From: Bdellovibrionales bacterium RIFOXYD12_FULL_39_22
GTDB lineage: Bacteria; Bdellovibrionota; Bacteriovoracia; Bacteriovoracales; Bacteriovoracaceae
Direction: 5' to 3'
Assembly: GCA_001770205.1 (NCBI GenBank)
Contig: MEQL01000039.1
Span: 198,787 to 262,786, forward strand
DNA: 64,000 bases
The position numbers and the translations under genes are program-made. This document shows positions 9,649 to 19,572 of the stretch, in pieces. Below the pieces are notes generated by a model. It had not been told where the DNA came from. It saw only the letters and a program-made list of their open reading frames with translations, and did no database searches. How positions within the stretch are numbered: position 1 is the first letter of the stretch; each line of letters starts with the position of its first letter.

Positions 9649-11112
9649 ATGTTTGAAGTATTAAAGGTTAACAATGAGAGTAATGTCGGATTTGCTAAAA
9701 TTAGAGTAGTGGGTGTTGGTGGTGGTGGATGCAATGCAGTTAATACCATGATTCATGCTGGCCTTTCCGGAGTAGAATATGTCGTGGCCAACACTGACAT
9801 GCAAGCACTCAACGCTAATCTTGCCCCAACTAAAATTCAATTAGGAGTAGAAATTACCAAAGGCCTTGGAGCGGGGGCCAATCCAGAAGTGGGAAGAAAG
9901 GCCGCCCTTGATGAGTATGAAAAGCTTTCAGAAATTTTACGTGACTCGGATATGGTTTTTATTACCGCTGGAATGGGCGGCGGAACGGGAACTGGTGCGG
10001 CCCCAGTTATAGCTAAATTGGCCAAAGAACTTGGTGCCCTAACAGTAGGAGTAGTAACTCGCCCATTTTTATTTGAAGGAAAAAAGCGCTCTCGCATTGC
10101 AGATCAAGGAATTACTGCTTTAGAAGAGGCCGTTGATTCACTGATCACCATCCCGAATCAAAAACTTTTACAAATTGCGGGAGAAAATCTCTCTTTGATT
10201 GATACCTTTAAGCGCGCCGATGAGGTTTTGCTTAATGCGGTTAGAGGTATTGCAGATTTAATCAACAACACCGGACATATTAACGCAGATTTTGCAGACG
10301 TAACGACTATTATGGCCAATAAGGGATTTGCCTTAATGGGAACTGGCGTTGCTACTGGAGAAAATCGAGCAGTAAAAGCGGCCAACGAAGCAATCAGTTC
10401 TCCACTGCTAGAGGATATCACCATCGATGGCGCTACTGGAATTATTATTAATATTACCGGTAGCTCGGCGCTAACCATGCATGAGACGAACGAAGCAGTA
10501 ACTCTAATTATGGAGGCCGCCGACGAAGATGCCGAAATTATTTATGGAACGGTTATCGATGATAATATGGGTGATAAAATTAAAGTCACAGTAGTAGCAA
10601 CCGGCCTGCGCGGTTTGGATAGAGTGCGTACTATCGAAAATGTAAAAACAGAAACACGACAACCAGCACCAGCGCTTGCTTCTCAATCAGAAAAGCGTAA
10701 TGAACGAATGATTGAAAGTGATTTTGAGGAAAGAAAAAATGAAATAAAAATGGAAGAGGAAAATGATATTTCTCGGCCTAATCCTCGTCCAACAGCTACT
10801 CCCACAATAACAAAATCTAAACTTGTGGAATCCATAAAAGAGGCCGCTTCTCGCTATGAGGCCGCGAAGGGAGTTAATGCAAATGAAAAAGAGTCTCCCC
10901 TCATGCCAACATATCGCGAAATGGCGGCCAACTCTTCATCTAATGCTGAAAGTGGTCGGGCCACGGCAAAAACAAATCTTTCCCGTGCTAAATCTATTGC
11001 CGAAAAATTAGGTTTTATCAACTTTGATGAAGAAGAATTAGATACTCCTAGTTTTTTGCGAAAAGATGATACTAAGCGAGTGCACAAAGAGGGAGAAGCA
11101 CGTCTAGACTAG
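9649..11112 (+). CDS. ftsZ: Cell division protein FtsZ
   Basis: [18 protein letters not shown] tubulin signature, NADFAD, C-terminal LDTPSFLRK. Confidence 0.98.
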   Translation: MFEVLKVNNESNVGFAKIRVVGVGGGGCNAVNTMIHAGLSGVEYVVANTDMQALNANLAPTKIQLGVEITKGLGAGANPEVGRKAALDEYEKLSEILRDSDMVFITAGMGGGTGTGAAPVIAKLAKELGALTVGVVTRPFLFEGKKRSRIADQGITALEEAVDSLITIPNQKLLQIAGENLSLIDTFKRADEVLLNAVRGIADLINNTGHINADFADVTTIMANKGFALMGTGVATGENRAVKAANEAISSPLLEDITIDGATGIIINITGSSALTMHETNEAVTLIMEAADEDAEIIYGTVIDDNMGDKIKVTVVATGLRGLDRVRTIENVKTETRQPAPALASQSEKRNERMIESDFEERKNEIKMEEENDISRPNPRPTATPTITKSKLVESIKEAASRYEAAKGVNANEKESPLMPTYREMAANSSSNAESGRATAKTNLSRAKSIAEKLGFINFDEEELDTPSFLRKDDTKRVHKEGEARLD

Positions 11113-11157
11113 ACGAAAACAGAATCGATTAACGCTCATTATTTAGGAGATTGAGGT

Positions 11158-11667
11158 GTGAAAAACTTTATTTTGCTACCACTTTTTTTCCTTCCTATTT
11201 TCTTTTTCTCCTGCGGATATAAACAAGCAACTGTTGCGCCCCCTCCTTGCGAAGATCAAAAAAATGAAGATTTAGAAGTAACCTTTAATTTTGTTCGAGA
11301 GCCGCCAAAAAATTTTTTGATTTCTGTAAATAACGAATTTGTTGGTGGATATTGCGATGTGAATTTAATTAACTATTCGTCTGCATTTGCCACTTCTCCC
11401 TTTCATGGTGACTGGAGTGAAGATGGGCGAACTTTTATCGCTTATTTTCGTGGTATTTTAAAAAAAGTCAGTCATACTCGGGCCAACGGAAACGAAGTAA
11501 CTCCCATAGTCGATATTGGAATGGCATCGCTGATTGAATGTGGCGATGATACGGGTGATGTTATATTAGATGAACAGGCGCGCATAAATTCTTGGGGACG
11601 CTCTTATCCTAACGGAGAAATTTGTGCTCCGGTAATGGCCGGAAAAATTGAATTGGCCGTAGAGTAA
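11158..11667 (+). CDS. Hypothetical lipoprotein
   Basis: GTG start with SD GAGG; signal ending FFFSC lipobox; extra Cys residues. Confidence 0.65.
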   Translation: MKNFILLPLFFLPIFFFSCGYKQATVAPPPCEDQKNEDLEVTFNFVREPPKNFLISVNNEFVGGYCDVNLINYSSAFATSPFHGDWSEDGRTFIAYFRGILKKVSHTRANGNEVTPIVDIGMASLIECGDDTGDVILDEQARINSWGRSYPNGEICAPVMAGKIELAVE

Positions 11668-11694
11668 ATTCTAAAAATTAATAGACGAGGATGT

Positions 11695-12912
11695 ATGCCC
11701 ATACAAATAAAAAAATGGATGCCGTCGGCGCTATTGATAAGCTATCTCTTATCAGCATGTGCCATTATATCTCCTCCGCAAAATATGGCAGGAAAAAAAA
11801 ACACTAATCGCACCATTACTCACCGGAATAAGACCCGGCCCAAAATTGTAAAATCATCAAAGCGCACTAAATTTCACCCCATCAAAACTGGGTCTAGTAA
11901 AAAACCGCTATCCAAAGAGATTTCGGATGGACCTTTTTGGGGACATCTATATCTTACTCCTCAAGTTATATCATCTGATAGGCAAGTCAAGATAACGGCA
12001 ACCTTTTGGAGTGACAGTGGGTATTTTCAATCTAATGATATAATTAATTCCGCAACGCTATATCGAGTGGATCCTAACGACAACAATCGAATGATTGAGG
12101 CAATTGCTAACTTCAATGACGCGGGACATAGTGGTGATGCAATTCCTCAAGACGGGGAATTTACCGCGCAGGCCATCGTCGCAGGGAGATATCTACAAGA
12201 AGTCGAAACGATGTTCGCGGCAGAAATATTTACCAGTACTCACCCATCAGGAATATCCTTTGCTGCTAATATTTTAAAGGCAAAAACAGATATTTCTTAC
12301 TACGAAGGGCCCTGGGCCATAGATGATCAGAAAAATCTTTTTTTTCGCAATGCAGATGGCAAAAGAGTTAAAACTTTGGGAAAGGATCTTCAAACACTCA
12401 TGATTTCGCTAGACCAACGGCATATTGCTACAACCGATGCCAAGCGACGTAACTTTTTTTATGTGGATGAATCAGGTATCTTGTGGAAAAAAATACCCAC
12501 CATAAATGATCGGGCCTTTTGTTTTAATTTGCTAAGTCTCAGCATCTCGGGAGAGAGAATTGCCTTAACAGAAGTTGATGCAGATTCTGTAGAAGGAGGA
12601 GGATGCACAAATCCTGTTGTTACCATCTATGATCAGGCCGGAAAAACTGTATTAAGAGAAGAAAAATTACCACTCTCCACATTAGATTTATTACAACTTT
12701 CATCTAATGGCAGATATTTACTATTAGAAGGTGTGCCGATTACTCCTGATAGTGATCTAACTACTCTTGTAATTATTGATATAAATAACCCGCTCAATAG
12801 ATTAACGGAGTCTTACAGTGGACTCCAAATATCAGAAAGCATTGTCGAAAATGAGAGCGGCAATTTTGAGGTTTGGCACAATAATATCAAGCGCTACAGC
12901 TTTCCATTCTAA
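11695..12912 (+). CDS. Hypothetical lipoprotein with choice-of-anchor-X-like motif and probable beta-propeller C-terminus
   Basis: LLSAC lipobox; Lys/Arg-rich linker; FNDAGHSGDAIPQDGEFTA; SISGERIA and LSSNGRYL blade-like motifs. Confidence 0.55.
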   Translation: MPIQIKKWMPSALLISYLLSACAIISPPQNMAGKKNTNRTITHRNKTRPKIVKSSKRTKFHPIKTGSSKKPLSKEISDGPFWGHLYLTPQVISSDRQVKITATFWSDSGYFQSNDIINSATLYRVDPNDNNRMIEAIANFNDAGHSGDAIPQDGEFTAQAIVAGRYLQEVETMFAAEIFTSTHPSGISFAANILKAKTDISYYEGPWAIDDQKNLFFRNADGKRVKTLGKDLQTLMISLDQRHIATTDAKRRNFFYVDESGILWKKIPTINDRAFCFNLLSLSISGERIALTEVDADSVEGGGCTNPVVTIYDQAGKTVLREEKLPLSTLDLLQLSSNGRYLLLEGVPITPDSDLTTLVIIDINNPLNRLTESYSGLQISESIVENESGNFEVWHNNIKRYSFPF

Positions 12913-14630
12913 GGCCTTATTTTAATAACCCGGGTGGCCTTGGCCCAAAATAGTGAACTTACAAACCAAAACAACCAACCGATCATAGGAATATCTTTTA
13001 TATGTGTGATGGTATTATCTTTTAACATAATAACACCTGCAATAAAAAAAACAGCAGACATAAAGGAGAGTCCTAAAAAAGTTATTCCGCTAACTATTTG
13101 GCCCACTGCCTTCTCATGTCCGCTGTGAACAACTTGAAAGGCATAATTTTTTCTACTCCACTCTCGCAAAAACCACTTGATGTGGCGTGGAAAAATTCGC
13201 AATGAAGAAAGGAGATCCCGTCCGGCCCAAAGTCCCTCCTCTATCAAATCTTCTTTATTAAAAGAGTCTTTTAGAATCTTGTTAATATCACTTTCCAAAA
13301 TAGCATAAAGATTAATATCAAAGTTTATAGATCGCCCCACCCCGTCTAACGTAAAAAGTGCACGGAAAACTACAAACCAATCACGCGGCAGATACAAGCG
13401 ATGCTTCGTAATTGTGCTAATAATAGAGTTAAAAACCTGAGTAAAATTAGTCTGCGCAACCGACAGGCCGACATAGGGCGCCAAGGAAGTTTTCACGTCA
13501 CTTATCAACACGTCAATGTCTGGAACCCTGTCATACTCTGCCACATCGAGAAATTCATACACAAGACTTTCGTAATTGTAAGATAAAATAGCATAGACAA
13601 GAGCACAAAAATTTATCCGATTTTTTTTACTTAAACTCCCCATTAGACCAAAGTCTACTAGCGCAATTTTTCCATTTTTTTGTAGAAAAAAATTGCCGCC
13701 GTGTAAATCGGCATGAAAATATCCATCGGACAATAAATTTTTAACGAAAATTTTTATTGCTTGTTCAAGCTTTGGATAAATTTCTTTTTTTTGCGCCTCA
13801 ATTTCTCTAGCGTGGGTAAACGGTATTCCCTCGATCAATTCCATCACTAGTATATCTTCTTTAGTATAATCTTCGTATACTCTAGGAATATAAATTATTT
13901 CTTCGGGATCATGTTTTTTATTATTCTCTTTTAGTCGCTTACAATTTAATCCCTCAATATTGAAATTGGTTTCACTTTGCATGCAAGTAGCGAACTCTCC
14001 GACCATCCGACATATTCCAAGAGCTCGAATATCTTCACTGATTTTTTCTAGCTGACTGGCCAATAGCATCAATACTGAAATATCGTTTTCAATCTGCTTT
14101 ACAATCCCTGGCCGGCGCACCTTAACCACCACCGTCTCACCGCTACGCAAAACTCCTTTGTATACCGACCCAATAGAGGCCGTACCGACCGGCCGATCTT
14201 CGATCACTGAAAAAAATTCGCTCAGGGGCCCCCCTAAAGATTTCTCAATCGCTTTTTGTGCTTGCTCAAAAGGAAATGGCCGTACGTTATTTCTCAACAT
14301 CTTCATCTGATCAATAAATGATTTGCTAAAAATCTCTTCGCGTGTACTTAGCAATTGACCAAATTTTATAAAAACAGGGCCCAACTCCTCAAAGCTAATA
14401 CGCAATCTGCTCCCAATAATTTCTCCCCAATCATCATCTTTTTTTGCCAAAACCTCTTCTTTGGAAAGTGCCTTGGATTTAGGAAGAACAAAATTGGGAA
14501 TTTTCGAAGTAATTCCTCTGGTTAAAAATTCACTGAAGCCATTTTTAGCAAGAACCGCAACGATCTCGCGTAAGCGGCCAACATTTTTTATGGTTTGGGA
14601 AATAGCAATTCCCGTTTTTACTAGATCCAT
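12909..14630 (-). CDS. ABC1/UbiB (AarF) family atypical kinase
   Basis: ELGPVFIKFGQLLSTR, TASIGSVY, VVKVRRP, FHADLHGGN, DFGLMG; C-terminal TMs. Confidence 0.9.
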   Translation of the reverse strand: MDLVKTGIAISQTIKNVGRLREIVAVLAKNGFSEFLTRGITSKIPNFVLPKSKALSKEEVLAKKDDDWGEIIGSRLRISFEELGPVFIKFGQLLSTREEIFSKSFIDQMKMLRNNVRPFPFEQAQKAIEKSLGGPLSEFFSVIEDRPVGTASIGSVYKGVLRSGETVVVKVRRPGIVKQIENDISVLMLLASQLEKISEDIRALGICRMVGEFATCMQSETNFNIEGLNCKRLKENNKKHDPEEIIYIPRVYEDYTKEDILVMELIEGIPFTHAREIEAQKKEIYPKLEQAIKIFVKNLLSDGYFHADLHGGNFFLQKNGKIALVDFGLMGSLSKKNRINFCALVYAILSYNYESLVYEFLDVAEYDRVPDIDVLISDVKTSLAPYVGLSVAQTNFTQVFNSIISTITKHRLYLPRDWFVVFRALFTLDGVGRSINFDINLYAILESDINKILKDSFNKEDLIEEGLWAGRDLLSSLRIFPRHIKWFLREWSRKNYAFQVVHSGHEKAVGQIVSGITFLGLSFMSAVFFIAGVIMLKDNTITHIKDIPMIGWLFWFVSSLFWAKATRVIKIRP

Positions 14631-14766
14631 TTACTCAACCTATTTTGTGCACTATTTATATCAGTAACTACTATTATAATCTGGCAATTAATAAATCGAT
14701 ACTGAACAATAATTTCCTACTATTATCTTCTTGCCGGCCAACGCATAGAATATGGATATAGTAATT

Positions 14767-15279
14767 ATGAAAAAATTATTAACCTTTCTATTAATCTACC
14801 TACTGCCAAACAGTTCGCTTTGGACGGCAGATACTTGCAGTAGAGTTGCCGTAGTCAATTATCAAGAGGTCTTGGTCGACACCAACGCTACCCAAAAAGG
14901 AGATGGCCTGCGTTATTATTTGGAAAAAGATCTTGAGGCCAAAAGCTATCTAGAGCTTTATCAGGAAGGAAATCGCACTCGTTTGAGCAATACCGTGATT
15001 GGTACTTTGGCCACCTCCATGATGTTTTCTAGTTTTTTTGTCGACAAATCTAGTCCAGGAAGAGAGGCTTTACTAATTGGTGGTTTTTCAGTTATGGTGT
15101 TAAACTTTCTAATGGCCAAAACGCTAGAACACAAAAATGAAGGCAATCTAGAGCGGGCCATTGAAGAGTATAATAAACGTAATTTGCCACGAATTGATTA
15201 CAGCTCGGATAACCGTTTTAAACGAGACAGTGAGATGGCCGAAGATGGTATTTATCTAAACGTAACAAAGGAATTTTAA
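14767..15279 (+). CDS. Hypothetical exported/membrane protein
   Basis: MKKLLTFLL signal; two hydrophobic segments followed by AIEEYN. Confidence 0.6.
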   Translation: MKKLLTFLLIYLLPNSSLWTADTCSRVAVVNYQEVLVDTNATQKGDGLRYYLEKDLEAKSYLELYQEGNRTRLSNTVIGTLATSMMFSSFFVDKSSPGREALLIGGFSVMVLNFLMAKTLEHKNEGNLERAIEEYNKRNLPRIDYSSDNRFKRDSEMAEDGIYLNVTKEF

Positions 15280-15280
15280 T

Positions 15281-15598
15281 ATGGCAGAAAATGAAGATTT
15301 ATTAAAGGATGTAGTGGTTTGTTATGCCTGTAAAAAGCATTTAGATATTGAAGTTGGGCAAAAAATTTCTCGCCAAGAAGAATGTATTTATTGTCATGTC
15401 AGCCTTCGTTGTTGCCGCATGTGCAATTATTACAGCACGACTGTATACAATGAGTGTCGTGAATCCATGGCCGAACGAGTACTAGACAAGGAGCGTATTA
15501 ATTTCTGTTCATATTTTGAAATTCGTCGCGGCCAAGATAAAGAAGAAGAGGTTAAAAAGGCCATTTTATCTAAGGCCAGTTCCCTTTTTAAAGACTAA
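15281..15598 (+). CDS. Small Cys-rich (putative Zn/Fe-binding) conserved hypothetical protein
   Basis: CYAC, CIYC, CCRMC, ECRE, NFC; directly upstream of greA. Confidence 0.7.
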   Translation: MAENEDLLKDVVVCYACKKHLDIEVGQKISRQEECIYCHVSLRCCRMCNYYSTTVYNECRESMAERVLDKERINFCSYFEIRRGQDKEEEVKKAILSKASSLFKD

Positions 15599-15614
15599 TT
15601 AATATGGAGAAATA

Positions 15615-16085
15615 ATGAGAAGTCCTATAACGACTGTTGGAAAAAAGAAAATTGAAGCAGAGTTAAATAACTTAATCAAAGTCGAACGCGAAACTATAAA
15701 GCGAGCAATTGCTGATGCTCGTGCCCAAGGTGATCTAAGTGAAAATGCAGATTACCAGTATGCTAAGGAAAAACAATCTTCCATTGAAGGAAGAATTATG
15801 CAATTGCAAGGAATCTTGGCGCAATGTGATGAAATTGATGTTAATACCATTGCCAGCGAAAAAATTGTTTTTGGTGCCTATGTTAAACTTTTTGATGAAC
15901 AAAAAAATAGCTCTGTTGAATATCAGATTGTTGGTGACGATGAAGCAGATATTGCAACAAACAAAATTTCATATAAAAGTCCGCTTGGTAGGGCCCTGAT
16001 TGGAAAAGAAGATGGGGATGTTGTTACCGTAAAAGCACCGAAGGGTGAGATCGAATATGAAATCCAGTCCTTCCGCTTCAAGTAA
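15615..16085 (+). CDS. greA: Transcription elongation factor GreA
   Basis: ARAQGDLSENADY, ISYKSPLGRAL. Confidence 0.95.
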   Translation: MRSPITTVGKKKIEAELNNLIKVERETIKRAIADARAQGDLSENADYQYAKEKQSSIEGRIMQLQGILAQCDEIDVNTIASEKIVFGAYVKLFDEQKNSSVEYQIVGDDEADIATNKISYKSPLGRALIGKEDGDVVTVKAPKGEIEYEIQSFRFK

Positions 16086-18150
16086 TGACAGTAATATCGA
16101 CCTTACTTGGGATTCACCGCTAGCTCTTCTTTTTAAAAGCAAAAAAAGCAAAACATATACAATGCTGTCTGCCGCAGACTATAATAATCTAAGCGATCTT
16201 TTAAATATTCTTCCTCTGAAAAACCAACTTATTCCTCCTCCTCAATCCTTTAAAAGCGCGCAGGAGGGCCAACTATTTTGTGGAATTGGTAAAATTATAA
16301 AACTATCCGCTCCACCTAATTTTAAAAGACGATCACGTTTTGGTTTTCGCAATTTAGAGCTTTTGGTAGAAGATGCTAGTGCGGAGAAAAATGATGAACA
16401 ATATTTGTATCTAAAATGGTTCAATGCCTATCCCAATTTCATTGAAAAAATTAAAAAACTCAAGACGATCAATTTCTGGGGCGAGATTAAACGTTATAAA
16501 AACCGCCTTTATCTCTACAGTCCTCGAACACAAGAAGTTAACGGCGAAGAAGAAAATAAAACTAAAAATGATAATGATAGTGGCAAGGATAGAGTTGCAA
16601 TCAATGTCGAATATCCAACCATAAACAGTGTAAGTGGAAAGTTTATTAAACAAGTCATGAACAAACTTCCTGATTATCTTTGGGAAGAAATTAGAGAAAC
16701 GCTCCCGGAGGAAATTCTTAATAAGCGATCGCTCATGCCTAGATCAACTGCTTATAAAATCATCCACGGGAAAATACCTCCTTTAGCGGCAACCGAAGAT
16801 GATGCCATCAAACGCCTTATATATGAAGAACTCTATCTTGAGCAATTACGTCTAATGCAAAAAAAAGAAGCTCAAAAAAAATTAAACTCTCCACTCATCT
16901 CAGTTTCGCCAGCAGTAGTAAATGAATTGCTTGCCTCTCTCCCATTTAATTTAACTTCTGGCCAAAAACAAGTAGTAGATGAGATTTTACAAGACATCTC
17001 TGCCAATGCCCCCATGAATCGTTTATTGCAAGGAGATGTAGGGTGCGGAAAAACTGTAGTTGCGGCCATCGTTATTGCCATTACTATTAAGGCCGGCCAT
17101 CAAGTTGCTTTCATGTGTCCAACTGAAACACTGGTTTTGCAACATTCGTTGGAATTAAAAAATTTTTTTTCTCACCTTTCTATTCGCACCGCACTACTTT
17201 TGGGAAGTTTGCCGGTCAAAGATAAACGCATCATAAAAGAAGGTGCCGCAAGAGGAGATTATGATTTAATCATTGGTACTCATGCCCTAATTCAAGATGA
17301 TTTGCTTTTTAATTCGCTGGCATTAGTTGTTATCGATGAACAACACAAATTTGGAGTCAACCAACGTCATAAGTTAGTTAGCAAAGGCGAAAATATCCAT
17401 TGCTTAACCATGTCAGCGACTCCAATTCCTCGCTCTCTGGGACTAACCATTTTTGGAGATTTGGATATTTCCACAATTAAAGAGATGCCTGTTGGACGGA
17501 AACAATCGCACACCCGCATTATTGATAAAAACAATTATGGCCAATTTTTAAACTTTTTAAAAACGAGAATACAGATGGGGGAACAGGCCTATATTGTGGT
17601 ACCAGTTATTGATGAAACCCCAAACAATCTCCATTCTTTAGAATATATTTTTAACAAATTTTCCGGCCTATACCCAGAATATATTTTTGCAAAACTTCAT
17701 GGACGCCTAACCTCCGAAGAAAAGACGGAAATATTTTTAAGTTTTATCAACAAAAAAATTAACATTTTGGTATCAACCAGTGTCATAGAAGTTGGTATAA
17801 ATGTGCCTAATGCAACTATTATGGCCATTATCAACCCTGAACGCTTTGGCCTATCGGCACTACATCAATTACGTGGACGAGTGGGGCGCGGCGGCCATCC
17901 AGGTTTTTGTTTTTTAGTTAATGATGGCACTATATCAGCAGAGGCCCTTGCACGTCTTAAAGTAGTTGAGTCAACTAATGATGGATTTAAAATAGCGGAG
18001 CAAGATCTGATCAACAGAGGAGAGGGCGACTTATGGGGCATCTATCAATCTGGGCGCAATCGCTATCGTTTTGCGGATATTATTGCCAATCAAAAAGAAC
18101 TTCTCTGGGCCCGCGAAGATGTAGTATTCTATAATCATGATCGAGATTGA
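16057..18150 (+). CDS. recG: ATP-dependent DNA helicase RecG
   Basis: MNRLLQGDVGCGKT, IDEQHKFG, MSATPIPR, LHQLRGRVGRG, DGFKIAEQDL. Confidence 0.94.
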   Translation: MKSSPSASSNDSNIDLTWDSPLALLFKSKKSKTYTMLSAADYNNLSDLLNILPLKNQLIPPPQSFKSAQEGQLFCGIGKIIKLSAPPNFKRRSRFGFRNLELLVEDASAEKNDEQYLYLKWFNAYPNFIEKIKKLKTINFWGEIKRYKNRLYLYSPRTQEVNGEEENKTKNDNDSGKDRVAINVEYPTINSVSGKFIKQVMNKLPDYLWEEIRETLPEEILNKRSLMPRSTAYKIIHGKIPPLAATEDDAIKRLIYEELYLEQLRLMQKKEAQKKLNSPLISVSPAVVNELLASLPFNLTSGQKQVVDEILQDISANAPMNRLLQGDVGCGKTVVAAIVIAITIKAGHQVAFMCPTETLVLQHSLELKNFFSHLSIRTALLLGSLPVKDKRIIKEGAARGDYDLIIGTHALIQDDLLFNSLALVVIDEQHKFGVNQRHKLVSKGENIHCLTMSATPIPRSLGLTIFGDLDISTIKEMPVGRKQSHTRIIDKNNYGQFLNFLKTRIQMGEQAYIVVPVIDETPNNLHSLEYIFNKFSGLYPEYIFAKLHGRLTSEEKTEIFLSFINKKINILVSTSVIEVGINVPNATIMAIINPERFGLSALHQLRGRVGRGGHPGFCFLVNDGTISAEALARLKVVESTNDGFKIAEQDLINRGEGDLWGIYQSGRNRYRFADIIANQKELLWAREDVVFYNHDRD

Positions 18151-18586
18151 ATTTATAAAATCCCCAGATCTTAATCTTGGGAAAAATTTTAAGATTGCGG
18201 GAAATCGCCTGGCATTTGGCCACTCTTTAGAAGCCAATTTAATAATAAACGATGATGCAATTTGCTCGGCCATGTTCGTAGTAGAATTGCACGATTTTGA
18301 AATTGCAGTGGCATCTTTTGAAAAAGAGCGAGAAATTTTTTTTGTTAACAGCAAAAAATTTTCTGGTAAAAAAAAGATTGTCTTAAATGATATTATTCAA
18401 TTTGGAGACACTTCTTTTAAGCTCCTCGCTATAGAATTCACCCCTGATTATGATAACAAACACAAAATGTCTTATAACTACAAAGAAATTTTAAAAAACA
18501 ATATACCGTATAGCGACCTTTTACATGAACTGGAAAAAGAATTGATTTTAATTCAAACACTACAAAATGAACGAACAAAACGATAA
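18137..18586 (+). CDS. Degenerate FHA-domain-like protein
   Basis: FGHS, FVNSKK, LNDIIQFGDT resemble the FHA fold; the phosphopeptide-binding GR motif is not conserved. Confidence 0.5.
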   Translation: MIEIEFIKSPDLNLGKNFKIAGNRLAFGHSLEANLIINDDAICSAMFVVELHDFEIAVASFEKEREIFFVNSKKFSGKKKIVLNDIIQFGDTSFKLLAIEFTPDYDNKHKMSYNYKEILKNNIPYSDLLHELEKELILIQTLQNERTKR

Positions 18587-19490
18587 CTTTTTTTTTGAAC
18601 ATAACTACCCTGCACATTTCACCACCAGTGATAAGATGCGTATTTTTTTTATCACCAATTTCCCTCACAATAATCAAGAAAATACTAAAAACTTGCCAAC
18701 CCTGATTTTTAACTATGGCCTAGTTTGCAGTAATGCTCACTGGCAACATCAGATCGCCTTTTTTTCTAAACAAGGTTACGACATTATTGTTCATGACTAT
18801 CGTGGCCATTACAGCTCTGGAACAATTAGCAACATGGCCAAAGATGCCACTTTCATAAAAATAGTTAATGATATTTATGAATTACTTTCCCATTTAAAAC
18901 GCACACGCATTGTAATGTTTGGACATAGCATGGGAGTAAATATCTCCTTGCAATTTGCGCTTACTCACCCCGAAATGCTAGAGAAGTTAGTTTTAATCTC
19001 TGGCTCGATTATTTCTCCCGATGAAATCATGATGGATTCACACATAGTAACCTATTTACGGCCAACTCTTAAATTTATCAGCGACTGCTTTCCTGGTGCT
19101 ACCGAAGAGTTATGGTCCAATGCCTTTATGAATCCACTTATTAAAAAGGGAGTTCATTTGGGTGGATTTAATACAAAAAAAGTATCCACTCAGTTTGTGG
19201 AGTTATACTTAAAACGAATTGGTCAACTTTCCCCTCAACTATTTTTTCAACTATTCCAAGAGATGCATGATCACAAAATTGCAACAGAATTATCCTCTAT
19301 AACCCCCCCCTCCTTAATAATTGCCGGAGATCAGGACAAGGTTATTCCACTACATGTGCAAACTTTGCTACAAAAAAAACTACCCAAGGCAGAATTATAT
19401 TTAGTGCGAAATGGCAGTCATGTGCCCCAGGCAGACTTCCCGGAAACAATCAATGAAAAAATTCTACGCTTTTTGACTGTCCCCTCCTGA
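18567..19490 (+). CDS. Alpha/beta hydrolase
   Basis: DYRGH, GHSMG nucleophile elbow, GDQD, GSH triad. Confidence 0.9.
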   Translation: MNEQNDNFFFEHNYPAHFTTSDKMRIFFITNFPHNNQENTKNLPTLIFNYGLVCSNAHWQHQIAFFSKQGYDIIVHDYRGHYSSGTISNMAKDATFIKIVNDIYELLSHLKRTRIVMFGHSMGVNISLQFALTHPEMLEKLVLISGSIISPDEIMMDSHIVTYLRPTLKFISDCFPGATEELWSNAFMNPLIKKGVHLGGFNTKKVSTQFVELYLKRIGQLSPQLFFQLFQEMHDHKIATELSSITPPSLIIAGDQDKVIPLHVQTLLQKKLPKAELYLVRNGSHVPQADFPETINEKILRFLTVPS

Positions 19491-19572
19491 CAATCTTCCA
19501 GGTAATTTTTTCCCTCTAACTCTCAAATTAATACCATGGTAAAATATCCCTGGCCGAAAGATAAATATTTTT

